This document shows positions 34,756-45,169 of a stretch of 64,000 nucleotides of DNA, one piece after another. The number at the start of each line of letters is the position of its first letter. Positions within the stretch are counted from its first letter, which is position 1. The notes below the pieces were generated by a model. It saw only the letters and a program-made list of their open reading frames with translations, had not been told where the DNA came from and searched no databases. The stretch lies in the NCBI GenBank assembly GCA_028718745.1, contig JAQULF010000001.1, forward strand, positions 111,078 through 175,077, read 5' to 3'. Source of the stretch: Patescibacteria group bacterium (GTDB lineage: Bacteria > Patescibacteriota > JACPGU01). Made by a program: the position numbers and the translations under genes.

Positions 34756-35145
34756 TTGACTTCTGGATTAAACAAAATATATAATGCAATCATGCTAACC
34801 AAAGAAGATATTAAACAACTTACAAAAGTTCTTGCCACCGCAGAAGATGTCAAAGAATTGAGGGGGGATGTTAAAGAGCTGAAAACAGATGTTACTGGGC
34901 TAAAGACGGATGTTAAAGAGCTGAAAGCACGATCTATCACAACCGAAGAAAGCCTAAAAGATTTAAAGGAAGATGTGCAAGGACTCCGAGAATCTATCCA
35001 AATGTTGACTGTTTCTGTTGATGGTCTGTCAAAATCAATAGAAGATCTTAAAGTGGAATATGCTGCTGTAACAGTAAAACTGCAAAGACATGAGAAGTGG
35101 ATCCAAAAAATAGCTGATAAAATCGGGGTGGGATTAGAATATTAA
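34756..35145 (+). CDS. hypothetical coiled-coil protein with (D/T)VKELK heptad-like repeats (start possibly at Met13, 34792)
   Basis: EDVKELRGDVKELKTDVTGLKTDVKELKARS…; promoter TTGACT-17-ATATAAT upstream. Confidence 0.4.
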   Translation: MTSGLNKIYNAIMLTKEDIKQLTKVLATAEDVKELRGDVKELKTDVTGLKTDVKELKARSITTEESLKDLKEDVQGLRESIQMLTVSVDGLSKSIEDLKVEYAAVTVKLQRHEKWIQKIADKIGVGLEY

Positions 35146-35178
35146 AATCAAAGATCAGAAAACTTTACTTAGACAAAA

Positions 35179-35203
35179 CCTCAAAGTTGAGGCTTATTTT
35201 TTT
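35179..35203 (+). terminator. intrinsic terminator CCTCAA-agt-TGAGG + CTTATTTTTTT
   Basis: Follows the stop of 34756..35145. Confidence 0.55.
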
Positions 35204-35299
35204 GCCCCCTTATAAACACCCTGTGAATAGTCTATTGTAAGTTGTGCATAACTTTGTTAAGATGAAACCAACTGTTAAAAAATCTAAATAAAAAGCTTT

Positions 35300-36658
35300 A
35301 TGGATGTTGAACAACTTTGGACAACCTGCCTGGGGGAACTTGAGGTTTTACTCTCTCGCGCTAACTTTACTACCTGGTTTAAAGATACTTCAGTTGTAAA
35401 AATTGATGGCGATACTGTTACTATCGGAACCCCTAATTCTTTTACTAAAGAATGGTTGGAAAAAAAATATCACAATCAAATCATAGAAACTCTGAACCGC
35501 CAGCTAAAGAATATCCAACGAGTGGAATACATTATTGGCTCCTCCAAGAGTCATCCAAATGATGTAATTATTATCAAAAAAACAAAAGAAACAACTATTT
35601 CGAGCGAGATTGGAGGAGAAGAACAGAGCGAAGAGACCGACCTAAACAAGCGCTATACTTTTGAAACTTTCGTTATTGGCGAATCAAACAGACTGGCTCA
35701 TGCCGCCGCCCAGGCCGTAACCAAAAATCCCGGCATAACCTATAATCCTCTCTTTATCTACGGAGGGGTCGGTTTGGGTAAAACTCATTTAATGCAAGCT
35801 ATCGGCAATGAGATAAGAAGAAGAGATAAGAAAAAAAATGTCGTCTACACCACCTGTGAGAAATTTACTAACGAGTTTATCTCGATGGTTCGGAAGGGTA
35901 AGGCCGAGCAGTTCAAAAATAATTACCGCAACGCTGACGCACTTTTGATTGACGACATTCAATTCCTAGCCGGCAAATCCGGGACACAGGAGGAGTTTTT
36001 CCATACTTTTAATGAGTTGCACGGCAAGTCCAAGCAAATAGTCATGACTTCCGACCGACCTCCCAAGGCCGTTTCGGCGCTGGAAGCCAGATTGGTCTCC
36101 CGATTTGAATGGGGGATGCTGGCCGATATCAATCCTCCGGATCTGGAAACTCGCATCGCTATTTTACAAACCAAAGTAAAAGAAAAAGATGTGAATATCG
36201 GCGAAGATATTGTAAATTTTATCGCTAAAAACATTCAGAATAATATCAGAGAATTAGAGGGAGCCTTAAATAGAATTGTGGCTTATTCCGAATTGAATAA
36301 CGCCGAACCATCGCTCGATGATGTAAAGAGAGTTTTGGGCGAACCATCCGGGCCGGACAGACAAAAAAATATAACCACCAAGGAGATATTAAAAAAGATT
36401 GCCGATTTTTATGATATAACGGTTGATCAAATTTTGGGTCAACGCAGAAATAAAGAGCTGGTTTATCCGCGGCAAATCTGCGCCTATATATTAAGAGAGG
36501 AGTTAAACTATTCTTTTCCTAAAATAGGCAAGGAATTGGGAGGAAAAGATCACACCACTATTATGCATGCCTGCAGTAAAATAGGTAAGGAAATGCAGAT
36601 AAATGAGGTTTTAAAGCATGAATTAAATAGTATTAAGGAGAAGCTTTATTCGTTATAG
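35300..36658 (+). CDS. dnaA: chromosomal replication initiator protein DnaA
   Basis: WTTCLGELEVLLSRANFTTWF (domain I), NPLFIYGGVGLGKTHLMQAIGNE (Walker A), LLIDDIQFLAGK, C-terminal HTH …KDHTTIMHACSKI. Confidence 0.95.
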   Translation: MDVEQLWTTCLGELEVLLSRANFTTWFKDTSVVKIDGDTVTIGTPNSFTKEWLEKKYHNQIIETLNRQLKNIQRVEYIIGSSKSHPNDVIIIKKTKETTISSEIGGEEQSEETDLNKRYTFETFVIGESNRLAHAAAQAVTKNPGITYNPLFIYGGVGLGKTHLMQAIGNEIRRRDKKKNVVYTTCEKFTNEFISMVRKGKAEQFKNNYRNADALLIDDIQFLAGKSGTQEEFFHTFNELHGKSKQIVMTSDRPPKAVSALEARLVSRFEWGMLADINPPDLETRIAILQTKVKEKDVNIGEDIVNFIAKNIQNNIRELEGALNRIVAYSELNNAEPSLDDVKRVLGEPSGPDRQKNITTKEILKKIADFYDITVDQILGQRRNKELVYPRQICAYILREELNYSFPKIGKELGGKDHTTIMHACSKIGKEMQINEVLKHELNSIKEKLYSL

Positions 36659-36964
36659 AGTTACCAACAGACCATGTGGAAAAGACCGCAGATACTGTGG
36701 AAAAGATGTTTAAAAAAGATTGGAAAGTGGGGACAAAAAACTCATTGCCAAAAATCCTGCTAAAAACATCCACAAGAAGTCGCCGATAAATCCCACACAA
36801 ACAACAACCAGAGCACAACTATTCCACAGCTAAAAACAAGAAAATAAAACCCAAAGAAGCTATTTATAAATCTTATCAACAAAACCAACAGACATTATTA
36901 ATACTACTACTATTTTTATAATTATTTATAATAAAGATAATAATATATTAGAAAGTGAGGAATT
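36659..36964. promoter_or_regulatory. candidate oriC: cluster of DnaA-box-like 9-mers (TGTGGAAAA x2, CATCCACAA, AATCCCACA, ATTCCACAG, AGTGGGGAC) followed by an AT-rich unwinding tract, in the dnaA-dnaN intergenic region
   Basis: ccatGTGGAAAagaccgcagatacTGTGGAAAag…acATCCACAag…aaTCCCACAc…atTCCACAg… then taatactactactatttttataattatttataataaagataataatatatta. Confidence 0.5.
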
Positions 36965-38101
36965 TTGAAAATCACATGCATTCAAGAAAATCTAAATAAA
37001 GCTCTAATGCACAGTTCCAGAATAATCTCCTTAAGGAGCTCCCTTCCTATTCTTGACAATATCTTGCTTTCTACCGATCAAGGAAGATTAAAGATATCGG
37101 CTACTGATCTGGAATTAGGCATCAATTATTGGATAGGCGCCAAAATAGAAAAAGACGGAGCCATTGCTGTTCCCTCAAGACTTTTGACCGAGTTTATCTC
37201 AAACATTAAAGAGGAAAAAATAAGTATTAAGGTTGAGGAAACCGAAGTTATAATTGATGGCGAAAAATATAATGCAACCATCAAGGGTGTTAGTCCGGAA
37301 GATTTTCCCACCATTCCCGATATAAGTCGTGATTTTCTTTTTTCGATTTCCTCAAAAGATCTTCTAAATGCAATCAATCAAGTTGCTTTTGCGGCGGCCG
37401 GTGACAACACTCGACCGATTTTATCCGGCATATTTTTCAAAATTGAAAAAGATGTTTTGAAAATGGCGGCAACGGATAGCTACCGATTGGCCGAGAAAAA
37501 AATTAAGGTCATTAAAAGCGATAAGAGCTCCAAGACTTTTATAATTCCTACTCGAACCATCAGTGAGGTAGGCAAGATTTTGAAAGACGCGGGGGAAAAG
37601 GTGGAGGTTTGCTTTGATGAAAATCAAATCTTGTTTAATTTTGGCTCGATTCATCTTATCTCTCGGTTAATTGACGGACAATATCCTAATTATGAACAAA
37701 TTATTCCGACCGAGTTTGAGAATGAAGTTTTGGTAGATAAACAAGAATTGTTTAATGTTTGCAAAGTGGCTTCCCTTTTTGCTCGCGAATCGGCTAATAG
37801 TATCAAGATGAGCATTAAACCGGAAAAGGTAAAAGAAGGAGAGAAGGAAAAAGAGACCGGCGGAATTCTTTCTATCGTTGGCCAGGGCGTGCAAATTGGA
37901 GAAAGCATCAGCAAAATTCCGGTGAAAACCAAAGGAAAGGAAATAGAGATTTCCTTTAACGCTAAATATATTTTGGATGTTCTGCCCAATATACCGGAGA
38001 AAAATGTCGAAATAAAATTCAGCGGCTCAATCAATCCGTGCTTGATAAAAGGGGAAGGCAAGCAGGATTATCTTTATGTGATAATGCCATTGAGAAACTA
38101 A
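36965..38101 (+). CDS. dnaN: DNA polymerase III subunit beta (sliding clamp), TTG start
   Basis: MKITCIQENLNKALMHSSRIIS…; three-domain clamp length (378 aa); position after dnaA. Confidence 0.9.
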   Translation: MKITCIQENLNKALMHSSRIISLRSSLPILDNILLSTDQGRLKISATDLELGINYWIGAKIEKDGAIAVPSRLLTEFISNIKEEKISIKVEETEVIIDGEKYNATIKGVSPEDFPTIPDISRDFLFSISSKDLLNAINQVAFAAAGDNTRPILSGIFFKIEKDVLKMAATDSYRLAEKKIKVIKSDKSSKTFIIPTRTISEVGKILKDAGEKVEVCFDENQILFNFGSIHLISRLIDGQYPNYEQIIPTEFENEVLVDKQELFNVCKVASLFARESANSIKMSIKPEKVKEGEKEKETGGILSIVGQGVQIGESISKIPVKTKGKEIEISFNAKYILDVLPNIPEKNVEIKFSGSINPCLIKGEGKQDYLYVIMPLRN

Positions 38102-38107
38102 AAAAAC

Positions 38108-38419
38108 ATGGATAAGATTTCTGGATTAACAAAAAAATCTTTCGAAAATAGAAACTTAACCGGAGCTGCTCATGCGGCTCTGGTTTGTTTCGTAGCCAAA
38201 AAATGTTTGGAGGAGATATTAAAAAAAAGTTTTTTAAAAGAGATTGAGATAGTCTCTTTTCGGGATGGTATTCTTTTTATTTCAACGCCAAACTCCACCT
38301 ATTCACAGGAAATAAAATTGAAAGAAGGAGAAATCTTAAAGAAGATCAATTTAGAGTTAAAAAAAGATTTGGTTGAAAAGATAAAATTTAAAGCTAAGAA
38401 GCTACAAGCTACAAGCTAA
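38108..38419 (+). CDS. DUF721-like (DciA-type) small protein downstream of dnaN
   Basis: ~100 aa; position and size typical of DciA/DUF721 proteins; weak motif match only. Confidence 0.35.
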   Translation: MDKISGLTKKSFENRNLTGAAHAALVCFVAKKCLEEILKKSFLKEIEIVSFRDGILFISTPNSTYSQEIKLKEGEILKKINLELKKDLVEKIKFKAKKLQATS

Positions 38420-38430
38420 TAAGCTGACTT

Positions 38431-41400
38431 CTAGTATCCTACATGCACAAAGTCTTTCATGTAATCGCTTTGGTATAAGCCTTTGACGCCTCTTATCATA
38501 CTGGCTCCACCATAGTATTTAGTAATTAAATCGTCACTTGCTCCATCCTTGCCCTCAAGAAAATCCACATCCTCCTGCCTGAAAGTACCCATGATTGTGG
38601 GGATTAGGTCGTTATCGCTCATTCTATCTCCTATTTTCAGCATATCGGTAATCAGCTTTCTGGTGTTGGCTTGAGACCATTGAATATAGAGAGAATCATC
38701 CTCCTTGCACCATGAAGTAAATGTGTAATCTCCCACGCAGGTGATTTGTATTTCCGACTTAGAAAAACCAAAAAGGATAGTATAAAGAGCTATCGCCGCA
38801 GCAACATAGAAATTAAAGCCTAAACCGGAGATATTATAAGCCGTAACAGCTCCAAGTATAGAGCTGGTGGAACCGGGCGGCAACCCCATTTGAGAATCTA
38901 ATTTCATCAATTGTTTCCCAAATACCAGATTGACTGCTATAAGGATAAGGTCTCCCTGGCCAATCTTGCCGGATTGCATTAATTTATAATTATGATAAAG
39001 CGTGTAAGATGTCCCCGATGGCAATCCAAGCTGTTTGTCCAGCAGGCTCCCGATTTGTCCTTCCAAGAAGTCTTTGCCAAAACCCGAAGTGATTTTATTG
39101 GTGTCGCCGGTGGCAAAGTAATAAATGTTTTTGGCCGTATCTTGGGGAAGGGCAATGCCTACTTTTTTGCTTAATTCTGAATCCAAAAATCCAAAGAAGT
39201 TGTTTCTTAAATTATCATTGCTGAAGGCATTTTTCAGATGATCCATGTTGCGGTCAACGGCAAACTGTGAGAGAGCCTGGGTAATACCCAAAGCATTAGC
39301 CGCGGTTTTTATATCGTCCGGCAGAAGATTGTTTATCAAAATGTAATTAACCCCATAAGCCAAAAGCATATTATTTCTCTCGTCTTCCGTTCCGCTCATC
39401 ATGGTTTTGGAAAAACCAAACGGTATGGGCGGCAACCCATTCATTCTGGCCGTAGCGGCAATCTGGGCGTCGGCATATCTGTACTGTAATTCCTTTCTGG
39501 CATTAGGCACTATTTGACTTTGCGCGCTGGCTATCGCTTGTCTCTGGCCATCAACAAAATTAATGTAGGCCGGATTAGCGGTCCCGTTGGTTAGCTGGGG
39601 AGGCGGAAGATTTTTGTTTTTCTCTACATATTGCTGTGTGTAGTTAGCGCTGGCAATTCCGGCAGCTTTTAGTTTGTCTCCTTCGCTGGCCCACATAACA
39701 TTTTTTATATCGGCATAACTTAATTGAAATTCAGGCGGCAATAATTGAAAATTATTCCCATTCTCATCCTTTTCGGCTTTTAATTTATTAACCGTAAAGG
39801 CCATACCCATTGCTTCCATTACCTTAGGATCTCCCTTATACAACAGCCCCAGATCTTCATCGGAAAGAAATATCCCATCGCCTCCGGCAATCGATTGGCC
39901 ATTCTTGTCTTTAATTACTGTTGCATCATGAATAATGCTCTTCAGGGTATTATTAATAATCAAATCGGAACAAATAGTTCTGTGTTCCTGGACAATTTTT
40001 TTGGCTTCCGCTTCGTTCATTGCCTGTCTAGCCCCGCCGCAAGAATTATTAGCATCCCCGGGATTTATAACATAATTTGGATCCATGCCGGGAATATAAT
40101 ATTGAAACAATGTTATCAGGTTATTTTTCTGACCTTCGAGGTCGCCAAAAAATACTTTTTCGCTCATAGCTCGCATGCCTTGAGCCATTAGAATCGATTT
40201 GGATTTATCCGGATGCAAAATCAAATTTTCCATTGTGCCGGCAGTAAATCCCAGTTTGTCGTCTACATCAATGTGGCCCACCTTTTTGAGAGCGCTAAGC
40301 ACAGTGATTTGTCCTTCGGATGTTCTTAAAAAGCCGGGATCTTTGAAAATACCATAGACCAATCCGCCGGTTGCGATATAGTTTTTCATTTTTTGAGTTT
40401 CAGAACTCGTTGGATCGCCGGTTATTAAATATGAAGCAAAATTATTCAAGAAATCTTGAGTATCGGTTCTGGCAAATTGGTATTTCTGAATAAGAGCCAG
40501 ATAGTCAGCGATTGAAATTCTGTTTTGCAAGAGCAATTTAGTTGGTCCCTCATTGAATTTTGTATCTTCTTCGGTAATATTGCTTATTTTCAAAATGCCG
40601 TCGATATTTTGAGCTCTTATAATATTGTTTGGATCACCCCAATAGGATGCTCCCTGTTTAGAAACATTGGCTGATACATAGCTAGCTATAACCGCATCGG
40701 TCTGACTATAGTCCAGATTCAGTCGGAAAGACGCGGAAAACTTCTTGGCCCCATTAATTCTGATAACATCGCTAATAGAAGAATTTGGCGAAAAGCTTCC
40801 TTCGGCCAGACCCAAAGTTTCTTCAACTAATTTTTGCGAGAAGTTTGCTGGAAAATCTCCTTTGATAGGAAGATTTATTCCAAATCCGGTGATAAGGGCA
40901 ATGTCTTGCGCCGGTAGAGCGGTAAAGAGAGCTTTGCTGAAAATTGATTCCGGGTTGCTAATAACATCGGCTATATCTTGGGAGGTCAGTCCATATTTAG
41001 TTAGCTTTTTTTGTACTTCCTCGGGCAGTTGTCCATAAAGAATCTCTCCGGATTTTTCTGTCGCGTAGGCTTTCTGCGCTCTTTCTTTGTAATCCTTGGT
41101 GCTAATTTCCTGCCGTAAAAATTGAGCTGTGGTTCCAATGTCAACTCCTAATTTTTGGTCTAAGGTACGGCCTAGATTATAGGGAACCGAATTTTCTATA
41201 AAGTCAGTATTTTTGATTTGGTTTAAAGAGCCATATTGTGTAAGATCAAATCCGAATTTTTGAATTAATCTCTTTTCGCCCTCATTGTTATATTGGGCAA
41301 AATTAGCCAGAACCGGAGAAATCATTTTAGCGATATTGGTAGCTATGCCAACAGTTGAATCTCCAGTAAACCACCCGTTAGGCAGAGCCGGGTTGGGATG

Positions 41401-44400
41401 CAATTGATTGAGGGCATTTTCTATCGCTTCCTGCCCTATAGACTCCGACATGTTGCTGGAAACAGAGGCTTGCCCATAAATTCCCATGAAATGAGCCAAT
41501 TGTTCTTCTCCATTTACGGCCAGAAGATTCTCAATACACGATTGAGTTCGGCCATCGTTAGCCACTTGCACTTGACAGTTTGTTCCCGGATTCTCAATCA
41601 TAGCCTTAATTGTTCCAACCGGAAGACTTAGTCCATCGTCTATATTTTTTGCGCCTATTTTCAAAGCGACACCCAAATAATTTCCATTCAAAAGATCGGT
41701 TATGTCCTGACTATTGAGAATATATCCGCCAAATTCCAGATTGAGATTCTTGGTTATATCATTTCTGGCATAGTCTTTCAGATGGCTATCCCCGACTTTC
41801 CCCGCGTATTGATCGGGCGTTATGTCTCCGGCCATAAGAGCGTAAGTAGTGTTTTCGCTCAAGCCAAACAAAGTATCGGCCGATTTAAAAATGTTTTTGA
41901 ACCAAGCTTCATTTTCTGTTCTGATTGGCAAATTATTTATCATATCCTGAATATTATATCCGGGAAAAAAGTAGCCGAATATTTTTTCATTCCCGCCGAC
42001 ACTTTGAATCAATTCAGCTGTGTCAGTTCCCTTAAAACTTTCTTTGGGCATAGATAATGTTTCTTCGATATAGGCCGAACCGATGGATCGAGAATCTATT
42101 TTTGCTTTGCCGGCTTTTATAGTTTGAGTTATTGACCCGGACGGCAGTCCCAAAGATGATTCAACGCTGGAAGCTCCCAGTTCACGACCTATCTCGTCAC
42201 TTTTAAAAATCATGCTGGTAACATCAAAATTATTAAGGCCGATATTTTTTCCGGAATTTTTATTTACCAGATTCTGCCGACTTTGCAAGTTAGCGTTTTC
42301 CATTCTGATTTCGTTGTCCCAAAGATTTAGATTTCCTTCATAAAGCCTAATTTGTCCGGCAGTCTCCGCCGAAGTATCTCCGGAATCTCTTTTTGCTTTT
42401 AATTCATTTAATTTATTTTGAGTATCTGTCAGCTGTTTGTTTAAAAAGTTTAGTTTGGCTATACTGCTTTGATCAGCTATTGCCGTATTTGCTGCGTTTT
42501 GCTCGTCTTCGGCATCGGAAACTTTATTTGCTCCAATAGTATAAAAAACATCTTCGCCATTATTTAGGCGGAAAATGTTTGAGATAGCATCTAGCAGTAA
42601 TCCATGTTCGCCATTGAGTTGATTCTCATCCAGATAAACCCAAATCGACTGATCTCCACTGCCTATTCTTATTTTTTCTTCAATCGAAGCTTTTTCTTCT
42701 TCCCAGGCTTGTTTTTGGCTTTCGCTGACATCAAGCAAACGAAGATAGCCGGCTATAGCCTGGGATCTTTGTTTTAGGCCATCCAATGTTGCTTGGTCTT
42801 GAGCGATAGTTTCGGCCCGGTTAATATCTTGAATAAGAGTAGCTCCGGATGCGGAGGGATATCGAATATATAGAGTATCTAAAACAGATGAGTAGAGATA
42901 ACCGATGTTTTCTAATGGCAAGCCTTTGAAATCAGTTAACCATTTGACAATTACAGCCCTCATATTATCATTTTTGGCCAGAACCTTGGCCAACTCATCT
43001 ATTCCTATGGCATGAAAAACACTTAAGTCATTTTGTAAAATTCTAGCCATGCTTCCTTCCGGCAAATTCCAAACCTCATCTTGTTCATTATAAATTGGCG
43101 CTCCCGCATATAGAAGCGCTCCCTGATTTGGGCCGGCCTCTTGATTGATGGAATAGTTTTCAATTGCGGCATGATTGACAAAACCGGAAGCCTTTGAATT
43201 CAGCAGCGAATCTCCCACCGCTTTTTTATAAATAGAAGGCGATAGTCCGTTTATCAGCCGACTGGAATAACCTTGTTCCGGAGGGAGATTAAGTATGGCA
43301 TCGACTTGCTCCGGGTTTTGGAAAAGCTGATTCCATTTATCTATCCCCACATTTTCTTTAATTTGATTAAGCGATTCCGGAGCAAAACTACCGCCGGCAA
43401 GATTGAGATTTTGTTCGATTAATACTTGTCCGACAAAAATTGAAAAAGAGGCGGGATCTCCATTGGGAACAAAATAGTCTAATGATCCAAGACGGATGCC
43501 AAATTCCGACTCAATCTTTCTTTTGCCTAGACTCGTCAGGATTTCATCCGAAGTTGTTCCGGAAAGCGAACCTTCGGCCAATCCCAATCTTTCGGCGACT
43601 ATCTCCCTCCCGATATTTGTTTGAATTTCATCTTCCGTATTTCCTCTCAAACCTTTGGCGGGTATTTTTAAATAATCAGATAATATATTTTTGCCGATAT
43701 TGCCGTATAATTTATCAGCGGTAGAATTATCTTCTTGAGAATTAATAATTATGCCGCCAATTTCCTCTTGCAGAGCCAGCAATCCCATCGCCTTTACTAT
43801 TTGAGGCAAACTGTCACCCTCTTTTATATTCAACTGACTAAAATCATATCCGGTACTTGCTCCCAGTAAGCTAAATAAATCAGCCAGTCCCTGGTTTTGA
43901 AAAAGTTCTCCAAAGGATGATCCTACACCGGAGGTTGGCGAGGAAAATCCCGAGCCCTTCCCGACCGCTTCGGATTGGCGAATAACCATAATATCTACCG
44001 GCGGTTTGGCGGTTATCTTGGTTCTCAAAATGCCTTTTTGATAAAGCCGTCGGTCCACCATATCAATTCCGGCAATATCCATAGCTTGTCCGGAAAAGTG
44101 AGGGCTGATAGAGCGATCTTCGTCGCTGGTAAAATCCCATTCGCGGGAAAATTGCCGGCCGGTCGAGTCATATTCGCTTTTGATTCTTCTCACTTTAATC
44201 TTGCGGAATCCGGCTCCGCCCAATTCGGTTGGTCGAACCAAGTATTTCAAGGCCTCTAAAATCCGGTTATCTACCTGATGAGTGCGGATATAATACTTGT
44301 CCTTTCCAGAGATTATCACTTTGGAAGAGAGAGTGGTAAGGAGAATATCCTCCAACTGAGAGAGAGCGGCTCGGGGGTCTTTAAGGCTACTGCTGTATTT

Positions 44401-45126
44401 GTTGCAGGGGTTGTTTTCATTTTTTTCCATATCGGCCAACTGTTTCTCGATAACATCGGAGCCGACAGTATTGGTCGGGTCATTGGTAGTTAGGGACAAA
44501 AGATTAGTTTCCAATTCCCTGACTTTTTGCAAACATAGATCATTTTGTTCTCGAACAGCCCTTTCCTCTACGGTTTTCAAAGAGGCTATCATTGTTTCGG
44601 CAGCCGTGTTAATAGCTAGGTTTCTGGCATCTGGCTCATTCGCGAGAGCTAAGACAGCTTGTTCATTGAGAGTGGTGGGCGGATGAAAGGCTGTTTTGCC
44701 GGCCGATCCGTTTCTTAAAACATAACCTGTAATAGCCAGAACGATGGCACCAACAATAACAATAACGGCTAAAATTATAAAAATAGGAACAAGATAGGGA
44801 GCCAGAGCAACCCAAGCTGATTTCAGAGCTTGTTTTTTTAATTGTGATTTTGCTGCATCGACTGCAGCGCCGGCAGTTTCATTGGTAGCAGAACCACCTC
44901 CTGGTCCCGAGGCGCTCGGTTTATCGCCGGCCGGTTTTCCGGCTGGTGTTTCTTGTTTTGCTCCCACTCTCGCGGCCTCCGCCTCTTGCCTTCTTTGATT
45001 TTCAGCGATATTTCTTTGTCTTTCAGCCTCCCGATGTTGTTCGATCGAAGCCTGTGCCCTTTCCATTTCATGCATCCATGCCAGCCTATCATCAAAGTCG
45101 GAATTTGTTTTGTTTTCCTCTGCCAT
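38431..45126 (-). CDS. giant (2231 aa) membrane-anchored extracellular protein of unknown function (charged N-terminal cytoplasmic segment, single TM helix, huge ectodomain with coiled-coil stretches)
   Basis: Uninterrupted 6.7-kb ORF; N-terminus MAEENKTNSDFDDRLAWMHEMERAQASIEQHREAERQRN…, TM WVALAPYLVPIFIILAVIVIVGAIVLAITGYVL, no recognisable catalytic motif. Confidence 0.6.
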   Translation of the reverse strand: MAEENKTNSDFDDRLAWMHEMERAQASIEQHREAERQRNIAENQRRQEAEAARVGAKQETPAGKPAGDKPSASGPGGGSATNETAGAAVDAAKSQLKKQALKSAWVALAPYLVPIFIILAVIVIVGAIVLAITGYVLRNGSAGKTAFHPPTTLNEQAVLALANEPDARNLAINTAAETMIASLKTVEERAVREQNDLCLQKVRELETNLLSLTTNDPTNTVGSDVIEKQLADMEKNENNPCNKYSSSLKDPRAALSQLEDILLTTLSSKVIISGKDKYYIRTHQVDNRILEALKYLVRPTELGGAGFRKIKVRRIKSEYDSTGRQFSREWDFTSDEDRSISPHFSGQAMDIAGIDMVDRRLYQKGILRTKITAKPPVDIMVIRQSEAVGKGSGFSSPTSGVGSSFGELFQNQGLADLFSLLGASTGYDFSQLNIKEGDSLPQIVKAMGLLALQEEIGGIIINSQEDNSTADKLYGNIGKNILSDYLKIPAKGLRGNTEDEIQTNIGREIVAERLGLAEGSLSGTTSDEILTSLGKRKIESEFGIRLGSLDYFVPNGDPASFSIFVGQVLIEQNLNLAGGSFAPESLNQIKENVGIDKWNQLFQNPEQVDAILNLPPEQGYSSRLINGLSPSIYKKAVGDSLLNSKASGFVNHAAIENYSINQEAGPNQGALLYAGAPIYNEQDEVWNLPEGSMARILQNDLSVFHAIGIDELAKVLAKNDNMRAVIVKWLTDFKGLPLENIGYLYSSVLDTLYIRYPSASGATLIQDINRAETIAQDQATLDGLKQRSQAIAGYLRLLDVSESQKQAWEEEKASIEEKIRIGSGDQSIWVYLDENQLNGEHGLLLDAISNIFRLNNGEDVFYTIGANKVSDAEDEQNAANTAIADQSSIAKLNFLNKQLTDTQNKLNELKAKRDSGDTSAETAGQIRLYEGNLNLWDNEIRMENANLQSRQNLVNKNSGKNIGLNNFDVTSMIFKSDEIGRELGASSVESSLGLPSGSITQTIKAGKAKIDSRSIGSAYIEETLSMPKESFKGTDTAELIQSVGGNEKIFGYFFPGYNIQDMINNLPIRTENEAWFKNIFKSADTLFGLSENTTYALMAGDITPDQYAGKVGDSHLKDYARNDITKNLNLEFGGYILNSQDITDLLNGNYLGVALKIGAKNIDDGLSLPVGTIKAMIENPGTNCQVQVANDGRTQSCIENLLAVNGEEQLAHFMGIYGQASVSSNMSESIGQEAIENALNQLHPNPALPNGWFTGDSTVGIATNIAKMISPVLANFAQYNNEGEKRLIQKFGFDLTQYGSLNQIKNTDFIENSVPYNLGRTLDQKLGVDIGTTAQFLRQEISTKDYKERAQKAYATEKSGEILYGQLPEEVQKKLTKYGLTSQDIADVISNPESIFSKALFTALPAQDIALITGFGINLPIKGDFPANFSQKLVEETLGLAEGSFSPNSSISDVIRINGAKKFSASFRLNLDYSQTDAVIASYVSANVSKQGASYWGDPNNIIRAQNIDGILKISNITEEDTKFNEGPTKLLLQNRISIADYLALIQKYQFARTDTQDFLNNFASYLITGDPTSSETQKMKNYIATGGLVYGIFKDPGFLRTSEGQITVLSALKKVGHIDVDDKLGFTAGTMENLILHPDKSKSILMAQGMRAMSEKVFFGDLEGQKNNLITLFQYYIPGMDPNYVINPGDANNSCGGARQAMNEAEAKKIVQEHRTICSDLIINNTLKSIIHDATVIKDKNGQSIAGGDGIFLSDEDLGLLYKGDPKVMEAMGMAFTVNKLKAEKDENGNNFQLLPPEFQLSYADIKNVMWASEGDKLKAAGIASANYTQQYVEKNKNLPPPQLTNGTANPAYINFVDGQRQAIASAQSQIVPNARKELQYRYADAQIAATARMNGLPPIPFGFSKTMMSGTEDERNNMLLAYGVNYILINNLLPDDIKTAANALGITQALSQFAVDRNMDHLKNAFSNDNLRNNFFGFLDSELSKKVGIALPQDTAKNIYYFATGDTNKITSGFGKDFLEGQIGSLLDKQLGLPSGTSYTLYHNYKLMQSGKIGQGDLILIAVNLVFGKQLMKLDSQMGLPPGSTSSILGAVTAYNISGLGFNFYVAAAIALYTILFGFSKSEIQITCVGDYTFTSWCKEDDSLYIQWSQANTRKLITDMLKIGDRMSDNDLIPTIMGTFRQEDVDFLEGKDGASDDLITKYYGGASMIRGVKGLYQSDYMKDFVHVGY

Positions 45127-45169
45127 TTTTTTGTTTTGGTTTATATTATTGCCTTTATTCTATACTAAG

